Assembly: GCA_009914755.4 (NCBI GenBank)
Contig: CP068257.2
Span: 42,880,001-42,944,000 of the forward strand
Reading direction: 5' to 3'
From: the human T2T-CHM13v2.0 reference genome, Homo sapiens
DNA: 64,000 nt
Shown here in pieces: positions 48,435-61,094 of the stretch (its first letter is position 1; each line of letters begins with the position of its first letter). Both the position numbers and the translations under genes were made by a program. The notes below the pieces were generated by a model. That model was not told the origin of the DNA, searched no databases, and saw nothing but the letters and a program-made list of their open reading frames with translations.

Positions 48435-51400
48435 TTAGGCCAGGACACCCCCAAAAGTGGATACCCATAACAGCCAACATGTATGGGGCATCAGCGTGGC
48501 AGGCACTTTACATAGCACTATAGCCCCTATGAGCTGTGAACCAAGGTTATCTCTGTTTCAGTGGTAAGGAAACAGAGGCACCATGAGGTGTGCCCGTGTG
48601 GCCTCCCCCCACCCCTCCTCCTGCTCCTGGGGGATCTTGCACGGCTGCCTCTGAGCTGCAGGTAACATTCCACCCATGGCTGCTGTTTTCAAGTCGGCAG
48701 CCAGGCACTGTGCAGGGTGAGCTGTGCGGGACGAAGGAAGGAACGCATGGCCCCACCGCAGCCACGGGAACCCCAAAGGAAACGCAGGAAGCGGCTGGGA
48801 ATGAGACCAGGCAGGCCCAGGCTCCTGTCTGCTGGCCTCCCTTGGGTCCCTGTGCTGCCCTTGGGTGCTGTGGGAGGCTGGAGCTGCCATGGAGCTGGCA
48901 GTGCCTGCCCCTCGTCCCCCTCTGGGCGTGCCAGGGGAGTGGATAATCTCCTGGGGAACCTGGGATTCAAAGTTGGTGGGAACATAATTGATGGGCTGGC
49001 CTGGCCTCCTCCGAGGCCAGGTGACAGGGAGGAAAATGGGAAGCATGGAGGGCATTCGGGGCTAGCAGAGGGCTGCAGACCAGATCCCTGGCCCAGGCTG
49101 AGTGGCTGGGAGCAGAGCCTGAGACTGATGCCTGGACCCTCCTCAGCTCGGCCACTGCAGCTGGCCCCAGCCTGGGTAAATGCCAGGGCGTGGCTGAATG
49201 AAGCAGGTGTTCCTGGAGCTGTCTCCCTCCATCTGGCAGTCTTGCTGAGGGGCCTCCTGCCTCAGCCTGGCATGAGGGTGTTGGGTCAGTCCACTCTGGC
49301 ACCCTCTAGGGTTCATCTTCCCCCACGTGCCCATCCTGGCCGGCATTGTGTAGGGAATGTCATGGATTCTCTGTGAAGGCCCCGGAAGGGCTTTGGTCAA
49401 ACATCTCAAGCAGAGGCCTTCCTCCCTCGCCTGCCTGCACGTGGCAGGGCCCCAGTGAGCAGCTGGAGAGCAGGACTCCACTCCAGGCCAGGAGAAGGCA
49501 CAGCCCTTCCTTGCACCGCCACGTGCATCGCAGTGCCACAGCTGCAGTGAGACTTGGATCCTCTGTGTCCTCCAGAGAGTGTGAGCACCTGGGATGGAGC
49601 AGTTCTGCAGAAGAGCCTACCCTGGAAAAGCATCCCGGTCCGCACACGTGCACACAGGGTGTGAAACGCAGGGTGTGACGGGCACTTCTTTCTTAGAAAA
49701 ACCGGATGTGACGCAGCCGTGCACGTCCGCACGTGTGCACACAGGGTGTAACGGGCACTTACAAAAACCGGATGTGACGCAGACGTGCAGTGCAGGAACA
49801 GCCGGCAAAGCAGCCGTGAGCACCCTGGCTGCAGGACGCTGCCTGGGCCTGGCCCAGGCACAGAGTGGGAAGATGTGGCAGGACACACCATGGGCCAAGG
49901 ATGGAAAGGATGCAGAGGGTCCTGGCTGGGGCAGGGGTGTGTGTGTGTGTGACCCACAGCACCAGAGAGTTTGGGGACATGCAGATGGAGGGAGCACAGT
50001 GAAGAAAGGGTGGCCTGCTTTAGGACAGGAGAATGTATTATTATTGTTACTATTTATGCAATTAAACACAAAAGGTAGAGTGTGAGGAGGCTTTGCCGCT
50101 TCTTGGAAAGACCCTGAGTTATAAAACATGCCACGACATAGGGACAGCAACAGTGGACACTGTGTGTAGAGAGGTCTGTGTACAGGGACCACCCCCGATG
50201 GAGGCTGCTGTGTGTGTTTAGGGGGTCCCAGGCTGACTCTGGGAGGATTCTGGCATCTTGGTGTGGGGGGATTCTGTGCCTCAGGGCTCTGATGTTGGCC
50301 CAAGCCTCAGGCTGGCGGAGGTTGGGGATGAGACTCCACATACTGTGGCGTTGCGTCCTGGGTCCCCTGGAAAGAATGGGTCTCTAAGTAAACCCCATGC
50401 ACCCTACTGCCCCTCCCCCCAGTCTCAGAGAGACACTGCTGCACAGCACTGCCTGGTGCTGGGCTCACCCCTGGGGGTTTAGCTTGAGCACGACCAGGGG
50501 CCACCTCCTCAATGAGGAAACGTGGGGGCCACCATCCAGAAGGTGCCCTGCCCAGCACTCAGGATGAGCCTCTGCCCTGCTGAGCCCCGGGATAGACAGT
50601 CAGCCCATCGCTCGCTGGGCTTTGGCAATCAGGAAACAGAATCCTGACCATCCCAGCAAGAGCCTCTCCCTCCACTGTTTAATTAAAATAGCCTCTTCCT
50701 GGCTCCGGACCCCACGCCTGCAGTGTTGTGTGCCTCTCAGCCTCCTGGGAGTGGACACCCAAGGGCAGATGAGTCCCTGACACAGCCTCGGCAGTGCTGG
50801 GTGGGGGCCTCTGGATGTTGACCTGCCCTCACAGCCACCTTGTGGGGCATCCTCCTTGACTCTATCATCGGTGAGACATGGGTCCAGAAGCCAGGAATTA
50901 TGGAATTACAGAAGGGGCTGCAGAGATAAGCTCGTTCACAGCCTCAGGCACAGGCCAGGTATAGCCGCTGAGGATGGAGAAGGAGGGAACCGGGCGCTGC
51001 TTTGAAAAGAAGAAAGGTATTGAATCCAACATAGGAGCTTTGCCTTGAGAAACTAGAGAAAGATGAGGAAATGGAACCCACAGCAAGCAAAGGGAAGGAT
51101 GGGGCAGGAGTCCACGCAATTGAAAACAAAAGGAAAATAGAGGAAACTGATTAAACCCAAGCTGGTTCTTTGAGATCCATCAAATTGATAAACAATATGG
51201 AGAACAAAAGGGGATATTGCTAAACAATTGTCAGAAATTAAAAGGCTGATAAGGGAACTCCATAAACAACACCACGTGTTGTTTATCAAAACCTCAGATA
51301 ATGTGGACCAATTCCTTGATAGGCGCAAATACCAGAACTTATTAAAGAAGAAAAGATAATTGGGAGGTCCAATATCTAATAAAGGACACCTTCCAACACA

Positions 51401-51619
51401 GAAAAACTACAGTTTCCTGGAAAATACTACCAACCCTTTAAAGAAGAAAAAATGTCAATTCTACATCATCTCTTTCAGAAGATAGAATAGGAGAAAACAC
51501 CAACTCTTTTCATGAAGGCAGTGTTACCAAACCAGGCAAAGGCATTGCAATAAGAGAAAACTACAGACCAACCAAAATCCTCAATAAAATATTAGCAAAT
51601 ACAATCCAGCAACATGTAA

Positions 51620-51853
<234 letters not shown>

Positions 51854-53228
51854 TAATGCACATGCCAGCCTCCTTGCTCTGTCTCCTGGGAGGGCTGGGA
51901 AAGCAACACCCCAGTAGTGTGAGCACACCTTGCTCCAGATTTTGGTTTCTAAATGCCTTCGTCCACCAAGAGGAAGCAGGGCTTCCTAGAGAAGCGTCTG
52001 ATTCCAGGGATGAAACAGGGCAAATCTGAGATGAACTTGGACCCAAAAGTAAGAAAGGTCAGGGAGGGACAGCGTGTTGAAAGGGCACCAGGGCCAAAAC
52101 GAAAGGACTTGAGGGCCGAAGTTGGAACCACTGCAACCACAAAATACATAGTGATCATATTGGATTATAGCTCAAGTAATAGATAAACATTCTTTAGTCC
52201 ACACATAGATAAATAAATAAGGAAGCAAATAGACACACAGAAGAGCGGGACAGCTCCTCCTCCCGGGAGAATTTCAATTAGTAAGTGTGGAAGGAACAAG
52301 GCAGGGAGGAGAATCCTCAACAGAGCCCCACAGGGACCGTGCGGGCGAGGCCCCCGGAGGGGCACCAGCACTGCCGGGCAAACGCCTGGGCAGACGCGGG
52401 ACAGCTGCCAAGTCTCAGACATGACCAATTACAGAGGGAAACGGCGGCACCGCGAGGGATGGGCCGCGGCCGTGTCACCTCCATGCCCCACGCACACTGC
52501 TCCTGTGGGATTCCTCCCCCAACGCGATGCCCACTCTGACCACGAGGAAACCTCAAGCAAGTCCACGTGGAGGGGCATTCTACAAAACACCCAACCGGTC
52601 AAGGTCGCTGAGGCCAAGGAGAGATTGGGCAACCGTCACAAACCAGAGAAGTCGAGGAGACCTTTCAGCCAACGCCATGTGGGGTCCTGAGCAGGACCCA
52701 CCGGAAGTTGGTGCAGCTGCCTAAAGACCGTCCTGGCTGAGAAGAAACAGAGCAGCGCTGCTTTCTCAGAGCTGGGAACCAACCTGCGGTGGTGTCGGGA
52801 AGCTGGCAAAGGGCGATGTGAACCCCGCTTTTCAGCCACTATTCCCTAAAACCATTCCACGAGGTCAAGCCACACCTCACAAGCAAAGGCTGCTGAGTGC
52901 CCAGTGCTGGGCACCTGCTGTCCTGTGCTACCCTCGCCACCCCCCATGCTCCACCTGCCCCAGGCCCAAGTCCACGAGAAACACTTCTGCCGTGCTTGCC
53001 TTCCCATCCCGGGTTCTGCTCCCGTGCCCACGTCCTCATCCCAGGTTCTGCCATTGTGTCTGCTTGCTGTGGATTGAATTGTGTCCCTCAAAAGGTGCCG
53101 AAGTCCTGACCGCTGGTACATGTGAATGTGACCCTATATGGAAATAGGGTCTTTGTAGGTGATCAAGTTAAGAGGAGGCTGTTAGGATAGGCCCTACTGC
53201 AATAATGCTTTGTATCCTTATAAAAAGG

Positions 53229-53236
53229 GGAGATTT

Positions 53237-53286
<50 letters not shown>
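53229..53286. repeat. (AC)n dinucleotide microsatellite, about 29 units.
   Basis: An uninterrupted acacac... run that generates the CVCVCVC ORF. Confidence 0.95.
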
Positions 53287-53289
<3 letters not shown>

Positions 53290-54064
53290 GAAGCTGTGTG
53301 AAGATAAAGGCAGAGCTCAGGTGAGGCCACTGTAAGCCAAGGACCCCAAAGATAGCAGCAGCCCACAGGAGTGAGGGGAGCGGGGTGAGACAGTGCCCCT
53401 CGCAGCCTCAGAAGGAACCCATGCTGTCCACTGTCCACACCTCGATCTCAGACTTCTGGCTTCCAAAACCATGAGACACGGAATTTCTGTTGTGTGACCA
53501 GCCAGTTTGTGGTACTGTTTGTCATGGCAGCCCAAGGAAAAGAATACATTACAGCATACAAACCATGACTCACATTATCTTTACTTAGAACCCAAACAAA
53601 CCTCTCTCCCTAAGCTTTCAATCACAGAGGCACATGATCTTGTTCAGCAGCCTAGAAAACCAAGGCCCAGCGGAGCCACCCGTAGGCACCCACTCCCCAT
53701 AGCCTGGCACACACACACGGCAGAGCCACCCACAGGCACCCACTCCTCATAGTCCAGCACACACACGGCAGAGCCACCCGCAGGCACCCACTCCCCATAG
53801 CCCGGCACACACGTGGACCATGCCACCCTCCACGTGCGCCTGGGGAGCAAAGCAGCACAGCCTGAACTGCCCCTCAGCTCTTCCTCCTGAGTCTAAAACA
53901 CGCACATGCGCCCCAGGCCAATTCCAAGTTTTGTAAACTGAGCAACAGCTCTTGGGAAACAAAAACACAGCTACTGTTTATTCTCCTGGAGCTGGCTGTA
54001 CACCCCAACAAGGAAGGGAGGGCTTGCTGAGCCTCCTGTCTGGACAACATGCACCAAGGAGGAG

Positions 54065-54072
54065 TATAAAAG
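54065..54072 (+). promoter_or_regulatory. KRTAP10-4: TATA box (TATAAAAG), about 90 bp upstream of the KRTAP10-4 ATG.
   Basis: The sequence is gagTATAAAAGcc. A CTCACTCACTCGCTCACCCACTCC 5' UTR motif follows it. Confidence 0.7.
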
Positions 54073-54158
54073 CCCCACAAACCCGAGCACCTCACTCACT
54101 CGCTCACCCACTCCCTCCCATCTCCCCCAGCTCAACCCCCAGCACAGCAGCATCCACC

Positions 54159-55364
54159 ATGTCCGTCTGCTCCAGCGACCTGAGCTACAGCAGCCGCGTC
54201 TGCCTTCCTGGTTCCTGTGACTCTTGCTCCGACTCCTGGCAGGTGGACGACTGCCCAGAGAGCTGCTGCGAGCCCCCCTGCTGCGCCCCCAGCTGCTGCG
54301 CCCCGGCCCCCTGCCTGAGCCTGGTCTGCACCCCAGTGAGCCGTGTGTCCAGCCCCTGCTGCCCAGTGACCTGTGAGCCCAGCCCCTGCCAATCAGGCTG
54401 CACCAGCTCCTGCACGCCCTCGTGCTGCCAGCAGTCTAGCTGCCAGCTGGCTTGCTGTGCCTCCTCCCCCTGCCAGCAGGCCTGCTGCGTGCCCGTCTGC
54501 TGCAAGACTGTCTGCTGCAAGCCTGTGTGCTGTGTGCCCGTCTGCTGTGGGGATTCTTCATGCTGCCAGCAGTCTAGCTGCCAGTCAGCTTGCTGCACCT
54601 CCTCCCCCTGCCAGCAGGCCTGCTGTGTGCCCGTCTGCTGCAAGCCTGTCTGCTCTGGGATTTCCTCTTCGTGCTGCCAGCAGTCTAGCTGTGTGAGCTG
54701 TGTGTCCAGCCCCTGCTGCCAGGCGGTCTGTGAGCCCAGCCCCTGCCAATCAGGCTGCATCAGCTCCTGCACGCCCTCGTGCTGCCAGCAGTCTAGCTGC
54801 CAGCCGGCTTGCTGCACCTCCTCCTCCTGCCAGCAGGCCTGCTGCGTGCCCGTCTGCTGCAAGACTGTCTGCTGCAAGCCTGTGTGCTCTGAGGATTCCT
54901 CTTCATGCTGCCAGCAGTCTAGCTGCCAGCCGGCTTGCTGCACCTCCTCTCCCTGCCAGCAGGCTTGCTGTGTGCCTGTCTGCTGCAAGCCTGTGTGCTG
55001 CAAGCCTGTCGGCTCTGTGCCCATCTGCTCTGGGGCTTCCTCTCTGTGCTGCCAGCAGTCTAGCTGCCAGCCAGCTTGCTGCACCTCCTCCCAAAGCCAG
55101 CAGGGCTGCTGCGTGCCCGTCTGCTGCAAGCCTGTGAGCTGTGTGCCTGTTTGCTCTGGGGCTTCCTCTTCATGCTGCCAGCAATCTAGCTGCCAGCCAG
55201 CTTGCTGCACCACCTCCTGCTGCAGACCCTCCTCCTCCGTGTCCCTCCTCTGCCGCCCCGTGTGCAGGCCCGCCTGCTGCGTGCCCGTCCCTTCCTGCTG
55301 TGCTCCCACCTCCTCCTGCCAACCCAGCTGCTGCCGCCCAGCCTCCTGCGTGTCCCTCCTCTGA
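54159..55364 (+). CDS. KRTAP10-4: High-sulfur keratin-associated protein 10-4, single-exon CDS of 401 aa ([42 protein letters not shown]...[10 protein letters not shown]). It is the only plus-strand member of the array.
   Basis: ATG at 54159-54161, checked in the sequence. The listed ORF starts 69 codons upstream, in the 5' UTR. A 401 aa plus-strand KAP10 gene following three minus-strand genes fits KRTAP10-4. A TATA box lies at 54065 and an AATAAA at 55741. Confidence 0.85.
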   Translation: MSVCSSDLSYSSRVCLPGSCDSCSDSWQVDDCPESCCEPPCCAPSCCAPAPCLSLVCTPVSRVSSPCCPVTCEPSPCQSGCTSSCTPSCCQQSSCQLACCASSPCQQACCVPVCCKTVCCKPVCCVPVCCGDSSCCQQSSCQSACCTSSPCQQACCVPVCCKPVCSGISSSCCQQSSCVSCVSSPCCQAVCEPSPCQSGCISSCTPSCCQQSSCQPACCTSSSCQQACCVPVCCKTVCCKPVCSEDSSSCCQQSSCQPACCTSSPCQQACCVPVCCKPVCCKPVGSVPICSGASSLCCQQSSCQPACCTSSQSQQGCCVPVCCKPVSCVPVCSGASSSCCQQSSCQPACCTTSCCRPSSSVSLLCRPVCRPACCVPVPSCCAPTSSCQPSCCRPASCVSLL

Positions 55365-55740
55365 CCCCCCGTGTGCTCCCGCCCAGCCTGCTGAGGCCTC
55401 CGCTCAGGTCAGAAGCCCAGCTGCTGATGGACACGCCCCCCAGTGCCAGCCAGGCTCAGGTCCCACCTGAAAGCTGATAGTCGCGTCCTGAATTGCTCCT
55501 GCACTTTGACCATTTCCTGGTGTCTGCTGTTGAGCTGGACAATGGAAGAACTGAAAGTCTATACTCAATGCTGCAGCCCTCTTGCGGGGGGAGGGGGGCG
55601 CTTCTAGAAAGTTCCCATGGCAGTGGCCTCCCCTCCATATCTCCCACCTCTCATGAGGGTCAGCTCAGCCTTGACCTGTGAGGTCTCTGTCCTCCTGGCT
55701 CAGAGCCGCAGAGCCTTCTTTGGACGCCCTCAAGCTGACC

Positions 55741-55746
55741 AATAAA
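55741..55746 (+). terminator. KRTAP10-4: Polyadenylation signal AATAAA for KRTAP10-4, about 380 nt after the stop codon.
   Basis: The sequence is gaccAATAAAggccc. Confidence 0.65.
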
Positions 55747-56654
55747 GGCCCTGAGACTGCAATGGCGCTGACACCCAGGTGTGTTGATTAATGCCTTGGC
55801 TGGAGCTCACGGCCATGGTTTTCTCCTTTGTGCACAACCCTCTGCTGTCCTTCAGGCCCCTGAGTGTTTTCCTGTGCCCAGGGGCGTGTGGTTCCCAGGG
55901 GTCCAGGCTAGACGGACATGGACGCGGGGAGCCTTGCAGCCCTTTGGCCATTTCGGGCCCTTGGGTTTGTCCCTAACCCTCCTGTGTTGTTAGTCGTGTC
56001 ATAGTTCTTTTTGCTGATTTGCTTTTTAAATTATCCTTCTGCTGCACAATACTTGTCAAATAAGAATGGTGTCTTCTAGCGCCATGCTTGCCCAGAGTGT
56101 GTCCAAATGCCTCCCTAGCTTCAAAATCAGTAGTCTTCATCGACATTGCCTAAAACCTCTTGTGCCCTGTGCAGACATCACTGGCGTGGTGGGAGGAACA
56201 CAGACAGGCGATTGGAATTGGGTCTCTGTCGCTTCGCTTCCACCCTGTGTGAGCAGAATCATCTCCTCGACCCTCCGGCCTCTCTAAGGTCAGGGAAGTA
56301 GGACTCCCTCTTTCAGGTTTCCAAATGGAGTGGCAAGAACGACAGACAGAGCACGTGTGACCACCATGAGCCCAGGGCCAGCGGACTGCCCAGAGCAGGA
56401 TGGTCTGAGGAGTTTTGGGCATTTTAAGAAGTCTTTAAAAATTATATTTGGAATAATGATGTGTTGTAACCACTGGAAGAAGTGCCAACTATTCCAATGG
56501 TTATAAAACATACTCATAAAGCAATGACGATAAGATCAGAAAGAATTTCCATGCATAGGTGTCAGAGGGTGGCCCGGGAACTCAGCCGCAGTGGAGGTGG
56601 AGTTGTGAGGACAGACCCAGAGCACTGGCCACACGGAGTCACAGTCCCGGAGTG

Positions 56655-56940
56655 GAAGGGAGTGCATAACTCATGGGTGAACAGACACACGGATGTCCCA
56701 GGGTGGGTGAGGGGGCATAACTCATGGGTGAACAGACACACGGACGTCCCAGGGTGGGTGAGGGGGCAAACCTCATGGGTGAACAGACACACGGACGTCC
56801 CAGGGTGGGTGAGGGGGCAAACCTCATGGGTGAACAGACACACGGACGTCCCAGGGTGGGTGAGGGGGCAAACCTCATGGGTGAACAGACACATGGATGT
56901 CCCAGGGTGGGTGAGGGGGCAAACCTCATGGGTGAACATG
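56655..56940. repeat. 60 bp tandem repeat in about 5 copies, between KRTAP10-4 and KRTAP10-5.
   Basis: The unit tcatgggtgaacagacacacggacgtcccagggtgggtgagggggcaaacc is repeated with point differences. It generates repetitive ORFs in several frames (VNRHTDVPGWVRGQTSW...). Confidence 0.9.
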
Positions 56941-58242
56941 CCCATGGTTTTCAGCAACACAACTCAATGTGTTGATTGCAACCCATGGAAGCAGAGAGTT
57001 AAAAATAACTCCAGAGAAGGGGACTCTGTGGAAGAGTCTTCATTAAACTACAGTGCTGTTTCCCTTCACGTGAGCTGAGAACACTGCTGGTTGAGGTCCT
57101 TTGTGTCTTTACCAAACCTCACTCTGTCTTCAGAAAGTCATTTTCCAGGAGGTGTATAGAAAAGTTGAGAAACCACTAAAAACCAAGCCGACTTAAGGGA
57201 TATTTATACAAAATCCCATCCAACAACAATGGGATGCATGTTGTTTAAAGTGCACGTGGAACATCCACCAACATAAACCACCGGAGAGGCCTGAGAGCAA
57301 GTCTCAGTGTCCTCAGGAGGGATGAAATCACAGGAGGGCTGAGCATGCTGCTTGGCCACACAGAATTGGAAATCATTAACAGAAAGACACTTAGAAAACT
57401 GCCACATACTTGGAAATTAAATAACACACTTTAAGATCTATGAGTAAAAATATAAATCACAATGGAAATTATGAAATATCTGGAATAAAATGAAAATGAA
57501 ATCACCCCATATCAATACTTGTGGGATGCAGCTAACAAAGCATGTAGAGGAAAATGCATAGTAATTTGTTTTATTAGAGAAGAAGGCCTAAAATCAGTTG
57601 TCCGAGCTTCCAGCTTAAGAAGCTAAAGAAGCATATGTTGAACCCAAAAATAACTAGAAATAATAAAATAATCAAGAATTTAAAAACTCCACTGTGTTTG
57701 TCCATTTTGCACTGCTGTAAAGGAATACCCGAGACTGGGCAATTTATGAGGAAAGGCCCACGGTTATCTGGCTCCTGGTTCTACAGGCTGTACAAGCATG
57801 GCACCTGCTGAGCTTCTGCTGAGGTCTCAGGAAGCTTTACTCATGGTGGAAGGTGGACGGGGAGCAGGCATCACATGGTATGAGGGGAGCAAGAGAGACA
57901 GAGAGGAGGGAGTGCCAGGCTCTTGTAAACAACCAGCTGTCCATGAAGTAACAGAGCAAGACTTCACTCATTATTGTGGGGGTGGCACCAAGCCACTCAT
58001 GAGGGAACCGTCCCCATGACCCAATCACCTCCCACCAGGCCCTGCCTCCAACACGGGATCATGGTTCACCATGAGATTTGGAGGGGACACATATCCACCA
58101 TATCACCTACCAAATAGAAAGTGGACAAACAGGGAAATAAATAAAACCAAACCTAGTTTTTTTAAAGACAAATGAAATTGGCAAATTTCTAACTTTACTG
58201 GTCATTATAAAACAAGAGAACAAATAAATTACCAATATCGGA

Positions 58243-58590
58243 TGTTATGGTTTGGCTGTGTCCCCACCCAAATCTCATCTTGAATTCTCACATGTTGTGG
58301 GAGGCACCTGGTGGGAGGTAATTGAATCATGGGAGTGGGTCTTTCCTGTGCTGTTCTCATGATAGTAAATAAGTCTCACAAGATCTGATGGTTTTATACA
58401 GGGGAGTTTCCCTGCACAAGCTCTCTTCTCTTGTCTGCCACCAAGTGAATTGTGCCTTTCACCTTCCACCATGATTGTGAGGCCTCCCCAGCCATGTGGA
58501 ACTGTGAGTCCATTAAACCTCTTTCTTTTGTAAATTGCCCAGTCTTGGGTATGTCTTTATTAGCACCGTGAAAATGAACTAATACATCAG
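58243..58590 (+). mobile_element. THE1/MST-family (ERVL-MaLR) solo LTR.
   Basis: The sequence tatggtttggctgtgtccccacccaaatctcatcttgaat...ccatgattgtgaggcctccccagccatgtggaactgtgagtccattaaacctctttcttttgtaaattgcccagtcttgggtatgtctttattagc matches the THE1/MST LTR consensus architecture. Confidence 0.75.
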
Positions 58591-59872
58591 GAATGAATAA
58601 AAGGTTGCCACTACAGAATCTGTAGATATTTAAAGGAAACCAAACAAATAATGCAAACAACTCTATGTCAATACATTCAACAGCTTAGATGAAATAGGCA
58701 AATGACTGGAAATGCATCATTTATGAAAAGGGATACAAGAAGAAATAGAAAATCTGAATAGCCCTCTATCAATTGAAGAGACTGGACTCATAATTAAAAC
58801 CCTTCCCACAGAGACAATGCCAATCCCGAATGGCTTTGCTATTGAATTCTACCAAGCATTTAGGGGAGAAATAATGCCAATCTAACCCAAACTTTTCCAG
58901 AAAACCGTGGGGTAGACACAGTGTCGGCGAGCGTGCTAGGGATTAGGGGACGGAGGCTGAGGCCTCACGGGTGGCAGGGACGCCCTTGGTGGGCTCTGGC
59001 CATGGACACAGACTCCTGGGATGAGAGGGGGACTCATGGAGGAACAGCCACGCCTTGACCCTGAGATGGCCTTGCAGGGAGGGTAACTGAAAATTTACCC
59101 ACTGGGGACAGTTGCCTACTTACTAAAACAGTTCCAGCCACCACCGCAGCCCCTGGAAGGCCATCCCCCCAGAAAATCCCCCAGGTCTCAGCAGGGCCTT
59201 GTCCACCTGTGCCCTCCAGTGTCGCCCATGTCAACCTCACCTAAGAGGGGCCTGACGCACGGTCCTGCAGGTGCGGACTCTGGGTCCTGACAGCCCATGC
59301 GGAACCTGGTGCCCCCAGAGGAGGGCCTGGGGCAGTGCCAGTTTTGGGGAATCATGTGCATCCATCCACCCACTCCATGATGCTTTCGTCCTGATCGAGT
59401 CCCTTGTCTCCCGCGCAGGTGCAGCAGCCCCTCCCTCTCCCCCCGCATTGCTGCTGAACGGGCAGAACCCTCGGGCGGGCGGCACACAGGGAGGGTGACC
59501 AGGCCTGGAGGCTGTGGTGCCCGGACCCCAGGCCAGCTTCCTGGAAGGTGACCCTGCAGGGTGGGCTCTCCCAGGTGGGACAGTGGGTGGGACAGTCCTG
59601 GGGCCTGGAGAGCCCCACAGCCCAGGGCACGGCAGCCAATGACCAGGCTCAGGAAGACCCAGGCATGGAGGCTGAGCCGGGACTGAGCCTTCCTGGGCGT
59701 GGCTGTGAGTTCCACCTGGTGACCCCCTGGAGGAGTTAGGCCACTGTCCCCCGTGACTTCTAGGTTAAGTCACTCATTCATAGAAACAGTCATGGCTAGA
59801 GAGCAATCTGAGCTCAAAACCATGTATCCCCAGGAGCACTACAGAAAAAGAGAATCAGGCGACCAAGGGGAG

Positions 59873-59878
59873 TTTATT
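59873..59878 (-). terminator. KRTAP10-5: Polyadenylation signal AATAAA (minus strand) for KRTAP10-5.
   Basis: The plus strand reads gagtttattgg, about 285 nt 3' of the stop at 60163. This flank is paralogous to the KRTAP10-1 flank. Confidence 0.65.
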
Positions 59879-60162
59879 GGGGAGCAGGAGGAGGTGCTGA
59901 CAGGTTCAAGTCGAGGCCAAGTGACCTGGGGCAGAGAAGCTGGGAGGGAGGACAGGGGACCCAACAGGCAGGTGGGCCCCTGCTGGGAGGCAGGAGCTGG
60001 GGAGCTTCGAGGATGGAGATTCCTGGGAGTATGGAGGGGGGGGTCACCTCAGCACATGGGGGCCCCGTCCCAAGCGGGGGCAACCTCCTAACCCGAGTCA
60101 GGACCAGTTGGCCCTGGGGGATGTGCACATCAGCAACTGGACTCCTGGCCTGAGCAGAGGCC

Positions 60163-60978
60163 TCAGCAGGCCAGGCGGGAGCACGCGGGGCGGCAGAGGA
60201 GGGACACGCAGGAGGCCGGGCGGCAGCAGCTGGCCTGGTAGGAGGAGGCAGGGGCACAGCAGGAGGAGATGGGCACGCAGCAGGCGGGCCTGCATATGGG
60301 GCGGCAGAGGAGGGACACGGAGGAGGAGGGTCTGCAGCAGGAGGTGGTGCAGCAAGCCGGCTGACAGCTAGACTGCTGGCAGCATGAAGTGGAAGCCCCA
60401 GAGCAGACGGGCACACAGCAGATGGGTTTGAAGCAGACAGGCTTGCAACAGACAGGCACGTAGCAGGACTGCTGGCAGGGGGAGGAGGTGCAGCAAGTCG
60501 GCTGGCAGCTAGAATGCTGGCAGCATGAAGAGGAATCCTCAGAACAGGTGGGCACACAGCACACGGGCTTGCAGCAGACAGGCACACAGCAGGACTGCTG
60601 GCAGGAGGAAGAGGCACAGCAAGTTGGCTGGCAGCTAGACTGCTGGCAGCATGAAGAGGAATCCTTAGAGCAGGTGGGCAGGCAGCACACAGGCTTGCAG
60701 CAGACGGGCACGCAGCAGGCCTGCTGGCAGGGGGAGGAGGCGCAGCAAGCCGGCTGGCAGCACGAGGGCGTGCAGGAGCTGGTGCAGCCTGATTGGCAGG
60801 GGCTGGGCTCACAGGCCGCCTGGCAGCAGGGGCTGGACACACAGCTCACTGGGGTGCAGACCAGGGTCAGGCAGGGGGCGGTGCCGCAGGGGGGCTCACA
60901 GCAGCTCTCTGGGCAGTCGTTCACTCGCCAGGAGTCAGAGCAAGCGCTGGAGCAGACGGACATGGTGCACGCGGCCAT
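60163..60978 (-). CDS. KRTAP10-5: High-sulfur keratin-associated protein 10-5, single-exon CDS of 271 aa ([41 protein letters not shown]...).
   Basis: ATG at 60978-60976, checked in the sequence. Length 271 aa, minus strand, and position after KRTAP10-4 all fit. Confidence 0.82.
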   Translation of the reverse strand: MAACTMSVCSSACSDSWRVNDCPESCCEPPCGTAPCLTLVCTPVSCVSSPCCQAACEPSPCQSGCTSSCTPSCCQPACCASSPCQQACCVPVCCKPVCCLPTCSKDSSSCCQQSSCQPTCCASSSCQQSCCVPVCCKPVCCVPTCSEDSSSCCQHSSCQPTCCTSSPCQQSCYVPVCCKPVCFKPICCVPVCSGASTSCCQQSSCQPACCTTSCCRPSSSVSLLCRPICRPACCVPISSCCAPASSYQASCCRPASCVSLLCRPACSRLAC

Positions 60979-61085
60979 GCTGGGGTGGGGAAGACGTGAG
61001 CTGGGAGCTGGGGGAGGTGTGAGTGAGTGAGTGTGTGAGTGAGTGAAGGAGGGAGTGAGTGAGTGAGGTGCTCAGGGCTGTGGGG

Positions 61086-61094
61086 CTTTTAAAT
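61086..61094 (-). promoter_or_regulatory. KRTAP10-5: Variant TATA box (ATTTAAAAG on the minus strand), upstream of the KRTAP10-5 ATG.
   Basis: The plus strand reads cttttaaat, about 110 bp 5' of the ATG at 60978. Confidence 0.55.

Noticed and set aside
54185-55309. A 374 aa antisense ORF, ...[15 protein letters not shown]..., lies opposite KRTAP10-4. Similar antisense ORFs lie opposite the other paralogs: 20098-20577, 31329-31892, 38613-39083 and 60488-61030.
   Set aside because: This is the reverse complement of the CCQ pentapeptide repeats (GGCTGGCAGCTAGACTGCTGGCAGCA). It is open only because the repeat lacks stop codons on both strands. It is a repetitive Gln/Trp-rich low-complexity product with no independent promoter or terminator signals. 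It mirrors the KRTAP CDS exactly.
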